Source: Bugula neritina (Eukaryota; Animalia; Bryozoa). From it: a DNA stretch of 64,000 bases. How positions within the stretch are numbered: the first letter of the stretch is position 1; every line of letters begins with the position of its first letter. The translations under genes and the position numbers were made by a program. The notes beneath the pieces are model-generated. The model saw nothing but the letters and a program-made list of their open reading frames with translations, was not told where the DNA came from and did not search any database. Where the stretch lies: the NCBI GenBank assembly GCA_964035545.1, contig OZ037767.1, forward strand, positions 14,512,998 to 14,576,997, given 5' to 3'. This document shows, piece after piece, positions 49,201-63,500 of the stretch.

Positions 49201-52200
49201 TTAAAGTCAGTGTTTTTCATTATCTAATTTTAAATGCTGTAGATACCATTAGTTTCAATTATTCGGCATCAACCTGGGTGTGACTATGTAATTCCGATTT
49301 TTTGTTATTTTGTCTTCATAATATAAGTTACTAAATATTTTGAGTATCAGAATGAGATTTGCTTTCAGGAGGCTCAGCTAACAGTCGCGACAGCGAAACA
49401 CCGAGGTTACTTTGCACGTCAGCTGACAGTTCAACTGACAGCGAGACGGAGAACAGACTGTCTATAGACTGCCAGACGTCCTCCCCAAAGGAAGTAGCCA
49501 ACTCAGAGTCGGTGAGTAACGTACTCGGAGTTAGATTTCATTCTCGTTATTCACTCTAGAATGGTAATTATGCAGGTGTTGAAACCAAAACATACTGACA
49601 GCTTTTGCATTGTTGAGGAATTTATTCCAAACTTGGAAACATAGCAAATTACTGTACCGGCTCAGGTTGTAACCAAACGCTTATCTATTCAAGGGGGGAG
49701 AATATAGGAACAGAGTGTTTGGTTGTACAATAGATACGTACATTAGGATAACCCATCAACCTTAACAGGAAATAGAATTTCTCATTGCCAGTAGAGATAT
49801 ACTTTAATGCCAGTTGCATTGTCTTTGTTCAAGAAATCAGATATCAAATATTCGCTTAACGCAACCACTCCCTCCTCCCCTCCCCTCCCCAAAGCTGCAC
49901 ACATGCACTCTTGCTAATTCAGTTCTCAGTTCACTGGCTAGGAGTCAAGTTGCACAATAATCTACTCCATAATGTTGCAATATGATCAGATAATTTTCAA
50001 ATATGCTTTTCAATCAAAGAGCCAGATTTTCTGCGTGTTTAGTTTTGCATATAAATGACGTTTGCATAAAAAAATTTCAACAAGCTTTTCTTTTTTAGAG
50101 TCACAAAAAATTACAAAATGCAGAAGCTCATAACTTGTATAGTAATGTAATACAGTTATGTTAATAGTAATTACTATTTAAAAATACTTGAAAAGAATTA
50201 GGTTGTGTTTGCCATTTTTCTCCAGCTTGTTTGGTAGTATCGATGTTCAAATTGATGTGTACATCTTTAAAGAGCTGAACTTGAATTGTGCAACACGCAG
50301 AATAATTCTGATTATTATAAATAATTTAGTTCATTTTTAAAAAGGAGTTCAATTCCCTTGAGAATTTCCATGGCAAGAAGCACGGTTGTTGAGTTGAATA
50401 AAAATTTAGCATTTCAAATATATATGTGCTTTAAAATGAATTTAGTTTTCAGTATATTGAAGTAGCACATGTAAGTTACTGCAAATGCTACTTATATGAG
50501 CTAGTTAGAAAACAGTTCGGACAAATCTGAAAGCATTATGCAATCTAATGGCCAGTTAATGCATATTTACAATCTTTGGTTAAAGCTAATTTATCAAATT
50601 TAATTTCTATTTAGATACATTCTAAAAACATCAACAGTATAAAGTCTTTGTTTTTAAAGTTTATTTAGCCCATGCAGAGGCTAAATTTGCAGCATGAATA
50701 CGACAGCAGCAGTTAAGGAGAGAAAAAGAGAGAGTGGGTTTCATTTTGCTTGACAGCAAATAAAATAATTCTCTGCTATTAAGTTGAAGCTATGTGATGA
50801 AAATAATTACGTTGTGAGTTGAGTTGTAATTAAAATAACTGGGAATTCCTTTTTTTGGAGAAGACGCTCTTTTGCTAGCAAGCATGCAGTCATGGAATAT
50901 GTTCTTGTGTTACCTAATAGATTGACATCTTATCAAAGTATGTAAGACAGATGATACAGCTGACTCATTTTGAATACTCGACTGAGTATGTCTAGGGTTC
51001 GGCCTTCCATATTTGGCACAATATCAATTACACACCTTTCTCATGTCAGCTAACTGTTTATCATTGCTAACAAGAAATGGCAGCCATTTTGTTCCATTAT
51101 TATGCGATAGCTACTTACTTATACCTTAGTCAAACTATCGGAACTTTTCTGAGCAACTTCATTATAGTGATTTTGTCGCCTATTTTTAGCTCATCTATAC
51201 AAGTAAACAGAAGAAATTGTTCAAAACTTGAAAATACTTTTCATTTTACTGGGCGGCAAAAGGTGTGGTGATGTGACTAACAAAGACTAGTTGAACTGAA
51301 TTACTCTTGATGTTAGTACCAGTACTCTGATACTACTTATACTAGTAGTCTGTTATTAGTACTGGCACATGGCACGATTTTATGGTAGTACATCATAAAA
51401 CTTGGTCAAAGCGCAGCTACTACGCCATACAAGTACATGCGTACTGGTGATCTACTAGACTAATATGTTCCATAAGTTGGCATTTCATCTGACATCTAAT
51501 AAAGTTACACTAGTAGTGCAGGAGCTAAACAAACGGCTAGTAGACAAAGTTTATTGCCGCTGTATGTATAGTTTACACTGATTTAGAGATACGTTCATAT
51601 GTCAAGCAAACATTGATAAGGTCATATAACATGAATGCTCACAACCCGGAAAGCACTGTTCAACGTGTTTTCAAGTGCCAACGCGGCAATAGTACAATAA
51701 TGAGTGTAAAAAAAGCATCACATGTCTGTTTTTACACACTCTGCCTACTGTCATATGCATATTTCTAAAGTTATATAAAAAGTAGTTGTTTTAGCATCTT
51801 TAGCTGGTGCCATTTATCCTTATTCGCCCACATACAAATTTGGCCCCAATTTGACTTCTCTAAAACCCTTTAATCCCTTAATCATGCATACATCTATTTG
51901 ACCACAGCACTGATTTCATCTATTTAATTCAATGACTACCCTTTGTGTGGTGATTTTATGGATAGATATAGCAAAGGGGGAATTGGCCTTTGTTACTCGG
52001 TGTAAAAGTACGTTTTTAAGTTTAGTTGAACTCTATCTAGTACTCAGTGTGAATTCAGGACTTTTCACCACAAAGAATAATGCAGCAAATAGGTTAACGA
52101 AGTTGACTAATGAAACGTCAACAGCATCTGAATGGATTTTGTTGTTATACAAGCATTAAAAATTTAATTTTTAAACTTCTAAAAGTTCAATTTGACATCT

Positions 52201-55200
52201 AACTAGAAATCAACCAGTGTACTTTAGCAGCTGTCATCTCTTGGATGTAAAAGGGAAGATTTGTTTTCTGCTTCGCTCGTTTTGATTAATATGAGAGTTT
52301 GAAGCAATAGCTCAGCAAGTTTTAGGGTGAATGCTTTATTCTAAATGCAATATGGTTGCCTTATCAACGCGGTAAAAATATTTACTGTTATAGCATTTCA
52401 CAAATTTAATTTTTGAGCATCAGTTTTCTGGCATAATTCCATTTAAGGTCATCACATATATTTTGCACAAGAATGTATGCTACTGTTTTATTTTTATTCG
52501 CTTAATATTCGATATGCAGAATTTTAGGGTAGATAACTCCGAATAACACCTGCAGTATAAGCAGTCTTTATTTCAGTTTATTTGTCTACCAACTCTTGAA
52601 ATTAATCTAAAATGTAGCAAGCATTCTAATGAGTGTGCTAGAAGGACTACGCGACTAAGATATGTGTCCATGAAGTCAAGGTTACTGTCTAGTTAGAGTA
52701 AGCACAAGCTGTCTGGATATTTTAGGGTCATTACCAGTTTAAATAGTTCACTCTACATTTTATAACAAGTAGTTCTATATTTAGTAATTAAATTATGAGT
52801 TTGTACCAAGTTTGTCTACTGTATACCTTTAGACTTCATGCTGTGGTTATAGATACACCGATATTGATGTCATTTTTTACACACACACTCACTCACTCTC
52901 TCACTCACTCAACCAGCATATGGCAGCCACCCTATGCAGTATTCCTCTGCTACACTTGGACAGTGGACAAAGCTTCAACCTCTCTAATAATACAGTGCCA
53001 GTTGCCAGGAAACCATCATTATTTTTTCTCTCTTGGTTGTAGGTTAACAGCCCACCAAATGGATTGCACAAGAACTTCATAACCAATACGCTTCTGGAAA
53101 CGGCAAGAGTTCGGAGAGATAAGGCGCCTACCGCATCAGAGAATTTTCCAAACTCCCAGAACCCAGGTACCAAGTCTTTCTCATGTTTTTCTGTCGCACT
53201 TTATAGCTTTGTTAGAATATTCTTCACTGCTGCAAGATGAAGGATTTTTTGTTTCACAACTTATGTGACCATTTTTGTTTTGATTCTTTTTTGCTGAAAG
53301 AAGTATTTCAGCTTAAGGTTTAAATCAGATGTTACTATGAAAAAATTGCCGGAGCAAACAGCACTCTAGTTTGTAGCTAGAAAACATGTCTGTATGAAAA
53401 ATACGCACCGACCAACACCCAGCATAAGTGCTCTTTTATGTTGGAGTCCTTATCCAGTACATATAGCAGAATAACAATAGGATTCAATTTTCTTCTGGCA
53501 TAATTTGCTGCTACTGTTTCCCATCTGGCGACGACTTTCTTAAACACTTATTGCAGCATTCCGTAGCTGTAATAATTTTAATTTTGCATCAACAAATGTT
53601 TTATTCTTACAACAGCATTAGATAATATGTAGAAGAGTAAACTAAAGAAATGAACATCCCTTCTTTATCATGGTATATCAAGTTTCAGCAAAACTTTTCC
53701 CAGTTTTGACTTTATGTAGCCGAGATAATTCAAATTAATATAAAATATGTTATAAATAATTTTTGCACTAAATAAATTTTTTTATCATTATTGTTTCCTG
53801 TGTTTCATACTACCTATTGACTTCTCTACATACTAACTATTTATATACTAACTACTTTATTACTGCTATTGACTATTCTATGTCGTAACTACTTTTCTAA
53901 CAAAGTGGCAACACATCTTGGTTCAGCCTACTTAAAATTAATCAAACTGTATAACATTGAACCCTTTTAGTTGCAGAGACAGAAGTAAATCCTGAGGAGT
54001 CACCAGCCAAGGTGGTAAAGTTAGAGGCAACAACCGACAGTCTACAAGCCAGGCTCAGGAGACACCTTAATGGTGGTGATGTCACGGAAAGGGGCCCAGT
54101 CAGTCACACTCCCATTACCACAGCTAGTAGTAAGTGTCACATCACATCATCTACTGTCACAGCTAGTAGTGTCACAGCACAGCTGACAACAAGTTAATGT
54201 GTCGCACTTGTTAACTAAACTTCTACATAATTGGTTTCTGCCTTGGTTTAAACATTATTTTTTGAAACTGTTTGTTCAAAGATACTTTGGCTCAATCAGC
54301 AGATGGCCGAGTAAAACGTGTGCAGCTGTTAATCATCACAGATTTCTGGAAAAAGTTCCCCGGATATTACAAACATTTCACAATGGGCTGTTTAGATGTG
54401 ACATAAACCTTTGGTCTATTGTTTGTCAGTTTTCTTTCAGTTCAGTTGAAATGTTTTCCCTAAAGTCACATCCGTTTTCAGCATCCGGGGGAACTCATTT
54501 CTGACTTATCGTGTTGATTGATTATATACAAAACAATAAACTAAATACCCATCAGCTACTGCTGCCAATGTTATGATGCATCTTGTAGATGTTACTCAGC
54601 CGTCTGCCACATCCACACTACTGTTGAGTCGGCTGAGTTCAGTGGTGGATACAGTAACCAAGAGTGAGATACGTACGTTCTACCACCCCCCTATTATGCC
54701 TGCTGCATCCACCACTGTAGCTGCTGATGCCAAACTCCAAGATGGTGTGTCTACGTCTCAGAGTCGAAGTGATGAGTGTGAATACTGTGGAAAGGTGCTT
54801 TTCTTTACCCTTCCCTCTGCACCTGTCCAATGTTACTGTTCCTTCTATACTAGCTATTTGAAATATAATCTTTTTTTACTAGATACTTTATAATGATAAA
54901 AATAAAACAGAAATTAGGTACATATAATAATGTTTAAGACTTTGTATAAATTAAAGCTTGATACAGGTAAATCTGATATTCTAATTGTATACTAACCCAG
55001 TGCATGCGTACATGCATTCCATGGTACCCATACGTCTGATGCTACACATGCATTCTATGTTACACGCATATTCTGTATGGACCCAGGTGTTTGCCAACAA
55101 AAGCAATCTCAAAGTTCACAGAAGAAGTCACACTGGAGAGAAGCCCTACAAGTGTGACTTGTGTCCATATTCATGTGCTCAGTCTAGCAAGTTAACCAGA

Positions 55201-57575
55201 CATAAGAAGACACACGGAGGCAGTCACAGGTGCCGAGTGTGTGGGGCTCCCTTCACGAACTCAGCGTAAGAACTTTTTAGTTGTACGATTACGTAATCAC
55301 TGTTATCACACAATCTTAACAAGAAATGTATGGCGATGGTTTAAAAGCTGTCTGTGTTTGTGTGTTGGCAGCCCTTGATAGGAGTTGCAGCGTTCACCAG
55401 TTAGATATGCTTTACTCTTGGAGATAAACTGAGAGTCTAATAGAGGAAATATAAACCAGATATTTTAGTAGTCATTTACTAGTACGTGCAAATATAAAGG
55501 CATTTTATGTTGGCAGTCTATCTGTTCTTTTTCCTTGAGTAGTGAATGGATATTATACCGGCGAACATTTTAGTTAAAAATAGTTATTTTAATATTTAAA
55601 TCGAATTAAAAATTCTGAAAAATCAAGAATATTAATGAGGGATCTACAGTTGTTGTTGATAAAGTGTTTTATGCGGCTCAAAATAATGATGAATATATTA
55701 AGCTATAAAGATAATATTTTTAGTTAGCTAGTACTCACTACTAGTATCTACTAATATAGTACTTACTGCTAGTAGTCACTACTATTACTCATTATCAGTG
55801 CATACTACTAGTACATGCTGCCAGTAACTACTGTTAGTACTCACTACTAGTACCTACTACTAGTAGTCACTACTGATACCCACTGCTAGTACTTACTACT
55901 AGTACTCACTACTAGTACTCACTACTAGTACCTACTACTAGTACTCATTTAGAAGCAGTAGTGAAAAAATTGAGATAGCCTAAGCTTTTTAAGTTTTTTT
56001 TTATTAAATTTTGGCTTGGGGTGCTAGTAAAAATTTTTGCAAAAACATTACTTTTTTTGCTACATTTCTAATCTAGAACACAGGTTTTTCTCAAATTCTG
56101 CACCTACCTCGCTATTAAAAGCCCCTACTAGTAAATATTTTGCTGAGTATTTATGGCTGGTTCTACTCAAAGTATTTTTCAGGACGATGGAGAGACACAT
56201 GAGGAAGTGTCTGGAGGAAAACAGGAAGTTGAGGCTGACTGACCCTGCTGCCGGGGGACAGCCTCACCATATGCAGTCCGTGACCGGTTCTATGATGCCA
56301 ACGCTGTCATCTCCTCACCATCAGCATATGGGTGGGTGTGGCTTAGAGTTTGTGGGTGTGGCTTGGAGTTTGTGGGTGTGGCATGAAGTTTGTGGGTGTG
56401 GCTTGGAGTTTGTGGGTGTGGCTTGGAGTTTTTATCTGGAACTTTACTGTAATAAATATTGTACTATAATAATAAATAATTATTCTAATAAACATTATAA
56501 TGTTATATTAAATATTGTAATAAATATTATAATAAATATCATAATTAAATTATCATAGAACTAAAGAGTATAATAAATATTTCAACAAATTTCAATAAAT
56601 ATCATAAAACTATTCAAATAAGTATGACAATTATTATAAGAAGTTATTTTGTGTAACTGTGTAAGTGAATTATAACATGAAGCAGTGCTGGATTATTCTT
56701 ACTTATTTTGTTCTATTGTGTTGACATGACATGATATGTGAAAAAAGGGCACGGTTTGATTTTCATGTTGTTGTAGGACGCGTTTTAGTGTTTAGATTGT
56801 GCAAAAACTAAAATGTTTAGCTGAATCAAATTAATCACTTTGATTGTCAATTATGCCAGATAAAATGTGTTAAGATCCGCAAAATCAGAAGAATGATGAT
56901 TTTGATGTAATGGTTGCAAAGTTTTTTGTGCTTTGGCAACTGTTGCTTTTATTAAAAGGTGTGGCATGACCTGGTTATTGCTCTCTATACAAGTACCAGT
57001 ATCTGTCAAAGTGCATTCCAAAAATTTCAAAACAGGAAGCATACTGTGAAAACTGCTTTTTATTGTTTGAGTTTGTTGAAATGTCATTATCTTCTTTAGC
57101 AGGTGTTGGTAGACCAACTCTCTCTCATTTTCCATACAGACACCCCTTCAATATGCTTCCCCAAAGTCCGCCGTATTCAGCACCACTACCTACTCTACAA
57201 ACTCAAACTTCCGTCGCATCAATGCCACAGTTTCCTGCCACCGTGGCTCCACTCCCGAGATACAACAGATACCCATCTGCGACGTCGCTAGCGCCCTCTG
57301 ACGACTACATGCCCACTGACCTCTCACAGTGTAAAACCTCTACACCCTCCACTCCTACTACTCCGGCACAAGAACCTCTAGAGTACCGTAGATATACTAG
57401 CAATGACTCAGTGCCATCCGTTCCTCGACCTGTCCTTGACACGGCCATAGAGGAAGATGCTTGTGGAGCTCTGAATCTCTCCTCCAGATCTATACGCACT
57501 TCCACGAGTACTGATCCAACCCGGCCTCCATCTACGAGTAGTCGTACTCCTTCTGTAACCGAGCCCGACAACTAG
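34236..57575 (+). CDS. bcl11: BCL11-like zinc-finger transcription factor, paralog C (~747 aa, ~14 coding exons)
   Basis: Hand-built model: 34236-34368 ([12 protein letters not shown]), 38083-38346 ([28 protein letters not shown]), 42426-42563 ([24 protein letters not shown]), 44204-44291*, 46977-47010*, 47456-47507*, 47932-48030, 49369-49511, 53043-53166, 53971-54129, 54589-54794 (...[10 protein letters not shown]), 55087-55265 ([21 protein letters not shown]...[12 protein letters not shown]), 56183-56331 (TMERHMRKC...), 57100/57103-57575 (NAGNAG acceptor). * = tentative. The finger cluster closely resembles vertebrate BCL11A ZnF4-6. Confidence 0.88.
34401..34480. repeat. 16-bp tandem repeat (gacacatcatgtagct, ~5 copies) just inside gene C intron 1
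   Basis: Direct reading. Confidence 0.9.
36752..36943. repeat. Degenerate tagtactatagca-type minisatellite
   Basis: Direct reading. Confidence 0.8.
42426..42563 (+). CDS. Gene C ZnF1 exon (not in the ORF track)
   Basis: ttttag|AT TTG AGG...CGT CAA G|GTGGGC; 138 nt; encodes [27 protein letters not shown]. Confidence 0.85.
43928..44080. repeat. Degenerate ~20-bp tandem repeat (tttgacccaatactg)
   Basis: Direct reading. Confidence 0.75.
44685..44875. repeat. Low-complexity (ctctttagttata) repeat
   Basis: Direct reading. Confidence 0.9.
55087..55265 (+). CDS. Gene C DNA-binding zinc-finger exon (179 nt)
   Basis: Acceptor cccag|GTG, donor GC|GTAAG. Same length and phases as the gene B exon at 7572-7394. 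Confidence 0.93.
55728..55947. repeat. Degenerate (actactagtactc) repeat
   Basis: Direct reading. Confidence 0.85.
56332..56431. repeat. 20-bp tandem repeat (gtgggtgtggcttggagttt x5) beginning exactly at a gene C splice donor
   Basis: Direct reading. Confidence 0.92.
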
Positions 57576-60500
57576 TCTCATAGGTATATTTTGTAAATAC
57601 TTATACTGATGATTATTTTGAAACAAAGTTTAGTTTCAGCTTTTACTATATCAAAGTTTCAACAATTTATTAAAAGATATTTTTAAAGACTGTACGCTTG
57701 TCATCTAATATTTATTAAAAAAGTGCGCTAAAGAAATTGTTGTTCAACGCCTTTTAAGAATTGAGAGATAATAACTCCAATTTAAAATTATTTGAGCTAG
57801 GTGTGCCACATGTTACCTTGACTTACAGTTTACAAAATGTTTGAATAAAGCCATTTGGTATAAAAACCTTAGCTGACTAAAACTAGACTCAGTTATATAT
57901 ATATTTCATTTCTATCTTGCAAAATCTTATACCTATCAACTTGTACCTGTGTAATACGGAACCACCTATTAGTATACAGGTGACATCCATATTACATATA
58001 TAATATAGATATTACCTACATTTGTAATATACATGTTGCTGTTATGTAAACTGTTATGTAGAAAATTAAAAGACCTCACTGGCATTGAGGTTAGCCTGAA
58101 TGGTGAAAGATGCTTCATCGTATTGCCTTTACTCTAGCCTGTCTGGTATATATATACATAACATGGACATAATATACAGTATTACAATACAGTATTAAAA
58201 ATGTATATAATGCAAGCGCAGTATAAGAGTGTATACAGGTTATACGTCGTGTTCCAAACACACTACTCTGTATTCCTTTGATATCATTGGTTTTTTATAA
58301 TTATAATATGTTATCGATAAATAATTTTGTGATAGTTTTATCAATTTTCTGTATATATATCAGTATTGCTACGAATACTGCATTTTACACAGTCTAAAAA
58401 TTGGATGGGCGGGTTTTGATTTAATAGTATTAGCACTAGATGTTATGTAGATTGAAGAAAACATGTGATAGTGTTACCTTTGTGTATTGTAACATTCGCT
58501 ATAACTAGTTAGTTAGCCATTACCTTGTTGCTCTGTTATGTGTTTAAATACATAACGTGGTAATTTATCATTATATTTTAAGAATAGTGTATTATGTGTA
58601 CATACAGATTGGTATGTCCTGACTGATTTCAACCATTACGGGTACGGATAGGTTAATTTTTATAAAACTATAGTATTCAATATAATTGACTAGCATCAAT
58701 GTGTATTACTCCAAGTATTGAAGTAGTATTATATGCATAACCGTATTATTCTTTAGCTAATGTAGATTACTCGCACTTTTTTTTAACAAAAATCATTTAT
58801 GTCTGTAATATACATTAATCATTGTTAACACGCTTGTCTGTTTTCTTTTTTATATGACGCAATCAGAAATGATAACATTGCTTGTTCTATACTTCTTGGA
58901 ATAAAATTTCCCCGGTGATATGTGGAAAAACATGAAGTGTTTTGTTTATTGTTTATGCTCAGTTTTAGATTCAATTCAAGTATATGCAACAGAAAGCAAT
59001 TTTCAAATTTCTAATTAGTGTCATATATTATACACTTGGAGATTGTTATAAGTAACTTCAAACACAGTGTTTGTGTTTTGACTAGTTGGCTTGAATTAGT
59101 GAAATATTCCCAAAAGTTTTTAAAAATAGGGTTAGTGAGGAGAGCTTTTTCTGATTTTTGTGGTTGAAACAATGTCAACACAAAATGTTGTGCTCTGCTA
59201 ATGTCATTAATAACATGTTATATGTTGTCATAATATAAAATAATATTGTCAAAGTAGTTTTTACCAAAGTATTTTCTATAACTTTAACAAGCTTTCAAAT
59301 CTCATATACAAAGTCAAACTGGAGAATATAATTAATATCATTCAAGTTATAAAGGATCGTTTTGTATTTGAATTTTTCTGCGAAACGGAATGAATTCATT
59401 TGATGAATTTTTTCCGGTTTAGCAAAACAAAATATTGTTTTAGGAAACCCAATAATAATATTCTGCTGCAAAAGAAAACCGGTGTATAATGTACAACAGT
59501 GAAGATTATTTGTCAAGCCAACATTATCATCTATATTAGTTATTACTTTGAACAGACAACTCCTTTAATTAGATGAAAGCGAGTGCTACACTGAGTAAAC
59601 ATTTGTGGTTTGAAATGAAAAAAAGTCATTCAATTAATAGAAATGCTGGTAATTTGACAAACTAGACTCTATCATTTTACAAAGTAATTACTGACAATAA
59701 AAACAATATGATTTTAAGTATAAAATGGCAAAAATGCTAAGTTTCTAACTACTTTGTAGTTATGTACTAGAAGTTACCTTCTCGATAATGATGCAGTAAT
59801 ACAGCCATACGTAATTTAAGCAACTCCATTAGTCCAACATGTAATATTACAAAAAGTATTTCAGCAAACGTTATAAAGTTCATTTGTTTGCATTCTAAAT
59901 TCAGAAATTGTGAATTACAAGAAAATTACAACATGGCGTAGCTGGATTAGACTATAAACTTGCGAGTAGCTTGATTAGACAACTCCTAGTTTTTATCTAC
60001 ACAACTTTTTTCAAGTTTGAAGTCACTGAACAATCTTACTAGGCAGCGATGTTTAGAGTTTTGTAATAAATAACTTGATCATTATAAGTCAAAATATTTA
60101 GCTGAAAATTGCTAAAAGTTTTGAAAAGCAAGAAAAAGATTTAAAGGTTAGAGGGGCTGTTAATTGAATGAAAGTCACTACAGACAAATATATATTATAA
60201 TACAGAATGAAAGCCTTAGAACTATGTAGTCAGCAAATGGTGTTAAGTAACGTCTGTATAGCTCTCATAAAAAACTTTAGCACTATGGCTATAAAACTTG
60301 TGATTATAAACATCAAACTAAAGATCAATTTTGAGGACAACGCATGTGTAAGCAATTATTGTGTTACCAAGTATAATATGAAGGTAGGTGAAGAAATGCA
60401 AAATTATTGCTCTTAGAGTGTTGGAATAAATTATTTTGATTTTAGAGCGACATGAACAAATTAGTTATTCACTATATCAATGATTGATCATTCTGCAGTC

Positions 60501-63500
60501 CTACTAAACACTATGCATACAATAGTTTCTATAAACTATAATATTATATATATTATTATAATATTATAAAGTAGTTGATTAGCTGAATAAAGTTAGTTTT
60601 ATATTATACGTATGAGAATAAATATGAGGGCAAAATTTGCTTCAAGAAGTTATTTTACAATCTATGCAGCAATATATAACCATATTATTTTGTATAAATG
60701 GCTTATATATTTATAAATGGCATATCAAGCAGTTTCTATGGGGCAATTTCATTTCATATTGTCTAAAAATCATTATTGTTAATAGCAACAATAAACATTC
60801 TAGTTTAATGTATATATATAAGGAATTGAGGTCTGATTAATAATTAATCAAATTAAAATGGTCACAGTTTAATACTAAGATGATTTTAAAAAGGTGTATA
60901 GATGCACTTGGAGTTGTATTCTAAATATTTGAAGGGTGTCGTTAAATTTTGGATTAATCCGCATTTATAACAATTGAGGTTCATTGAAGAAAAAATTAAA
61001 TCATAACATTATTTGGATTTTATGATCACGTTTTTATTTTTTGTAGTTAAATTTTAACTTAGTTTGAAAAATATTATTGCAAGGTTTAATTGCGTATAAA
61101 TAATCAGTTGAAATAGTAGTTGACCTATATTGGGTCGGGTTTGCGATACGTACTACAATCTAAATAATATAATAACGCTATGTAATTTTCAGTCGGTTCG
61201 CAAGTCAATCAACACAAAATTGTGCAGCTCTATTTCGAGATTTTTTCACAATTGCCTTGCTGAAAATTGACACATCTGTGCACCAGAAATAAAATTCGTG
61301 ATTAATCTTTTTGCGAATGCTTATGTCATTTGCATAGGAGTAAAACGTTGCAGGTGAGCATTCTGATACTCATACTCATAGTCATACTCATACTGATACT
61401 GATACTGATAGTCGTAGTAGTCATACTCATGGGACTAGGAGACTCATACTCAAAGTCATTCTCATACTCATACTCATACTGGACCTGGTAGTGGTAGTGG
61501 TACCCGTACTACTAATAGTAATACTATTACTACTAGTCATACTTTTAGTTTCAATCACAATCACTCAATCGCAATGTGAATGACAATGTGAATTGATATT
61601 ACAAATGTAATTATTAAATAGTTGATTTTATTCATTTAATTTTATTGAATTTCAATTTGTCTCTGAGTTTGAATTTGAATATCTATTCCAATATCATTAT
61701 GAGTATGAAACTGGAAGATGCCTCACTCAATTACAGTTAGTGAGTTACACCGTCAATGTCTCAGAGCCATAGTATTAGTATCAGTATGAGTAAATCATTT
61801 AATTTTATTGTCAAACAGTAACACTAACTCTAATCTGTCTAGCATCTATAATCTGTCTAAGACTAATGATATGCCTCCCTTTATAGTGATACTATTACTG
61901 ATACTAATAGTAAATGTAATACTAGATACTAGTATAACTGTACAAGTATTAGTATTACTTTCACTAGTATTAGTAGTAGTATTACTATTGGTAGCATTTT
62001 TATAAACGTAAGCATTGCCATAAGTATTGATTTACTATCATCTATTATTTATAACTCTTACAGTTTAACTTTCTATCTGGTATCTATTATTTACATAATA
62101 CTTTCACTTTGAAACTGACTTTCGCTTCACCATAATCACAATGATACACAATGATGATCACAATGGCTAACCTTAATACTAATCGTCACTGTAACTCTAA
62201 GCTTAAAGTAAAAGGCAATTCATACAAATCTTTTTAAATTATTACCAGAAGTTAGATCAAAATGATTATAACTATGCTATTGATTTGATAGTGTTACTCA
62301 CTATGAGTGGATAACTATGAAATGCAAGTTACTAAAATACTAGTTGCTCTAACCCTTACTCAGTTTTTAAAGCAAAGCTAAAGTTTAAAGTTAGATTTGT
62401 AATAACTGTTGAATTTGCACCAAATGTAGAATTAATCTGCAATTTGCAAGATACAGTTTCAAGTGAAATAACAAGTCCGTGATCATGTTTATTAGACTTA
62501 TTCTTAGTTATGAGTGAATATGATTGGTAGTAGCAGAGACCATAGTGTGCAATGAAACTAGGTGTTGGTGTAACTATAAATAAAATAAAGGGTTTAATTC
62601 AGAAGCAAAATAAAATCAATTTGTCTATTCTGCTGACCTGATTCAAAGTTAGGTGTCACCTTGGGCTGTTGGATCTTTTTAAAATAATCTTTTAAATTTA
62701 TTTTAATATCATCTTTATTTTAAGAGTTCTAGGCTGACTGCTTGTCAGAGAGCAGTAGCCCTGGTCTTGGTCCAACTACTTGGTCCAAATACTACTTGAA
62801 TACCTGGTCCCAGGCTGGGTACACATATACTCATATGTCATAAATTTAATTGCAAGAAGTACTGAAAGTCTTAAAACAGCTTATGAATTATTAATAGTTT
62901 TTATCTGCAGAATAATTTCATTTGTTTAAATATATTCAAGTCTAGTTAAGTCTCAGTCAATGTGACTGTAAATGTGATTGTTAGAAAATTGATCATTAAT
63001 GGAGTTTTTATACGTGATATTGATTAAAATATGTACAAAGGTGCAACATTTTGTAAAGAAATTTAATGGAAATTGTTTTGCGTTTTGAAATATGATATGA
63101 ATATAAGATATTAGTAAATTATAACAAAAGATATTGGTAAAGGTGACCAGTGTATGTGGCCTAAAAATTGAAGCTTGTAGTAATTTATATAGTTCCTTGC
63201 ACTTAATCTCAATGCTTTTATTTATATTCAAAAATATATATCTATGCTTGATAAAATAGTCGGGTAATGGTGGTTATTCGAAAGACAGTTTCATACTCCA
63301 GTATAAATGAATATGAAAAAAATTAAACAAAAATAAATGCATATCATTTGAGTGTGTTTTCTACTTGATGGCATGAATGCAGAAAGAATGATACAATGAA
63401 AAATTGGAAATGAAACCATGTAAAAAAATGTCTGCAATAAAGAAAATTTCATATTGTTGAATGTACTGCAATTCAAGTTGCAATATTGAAAAAACTGTAA

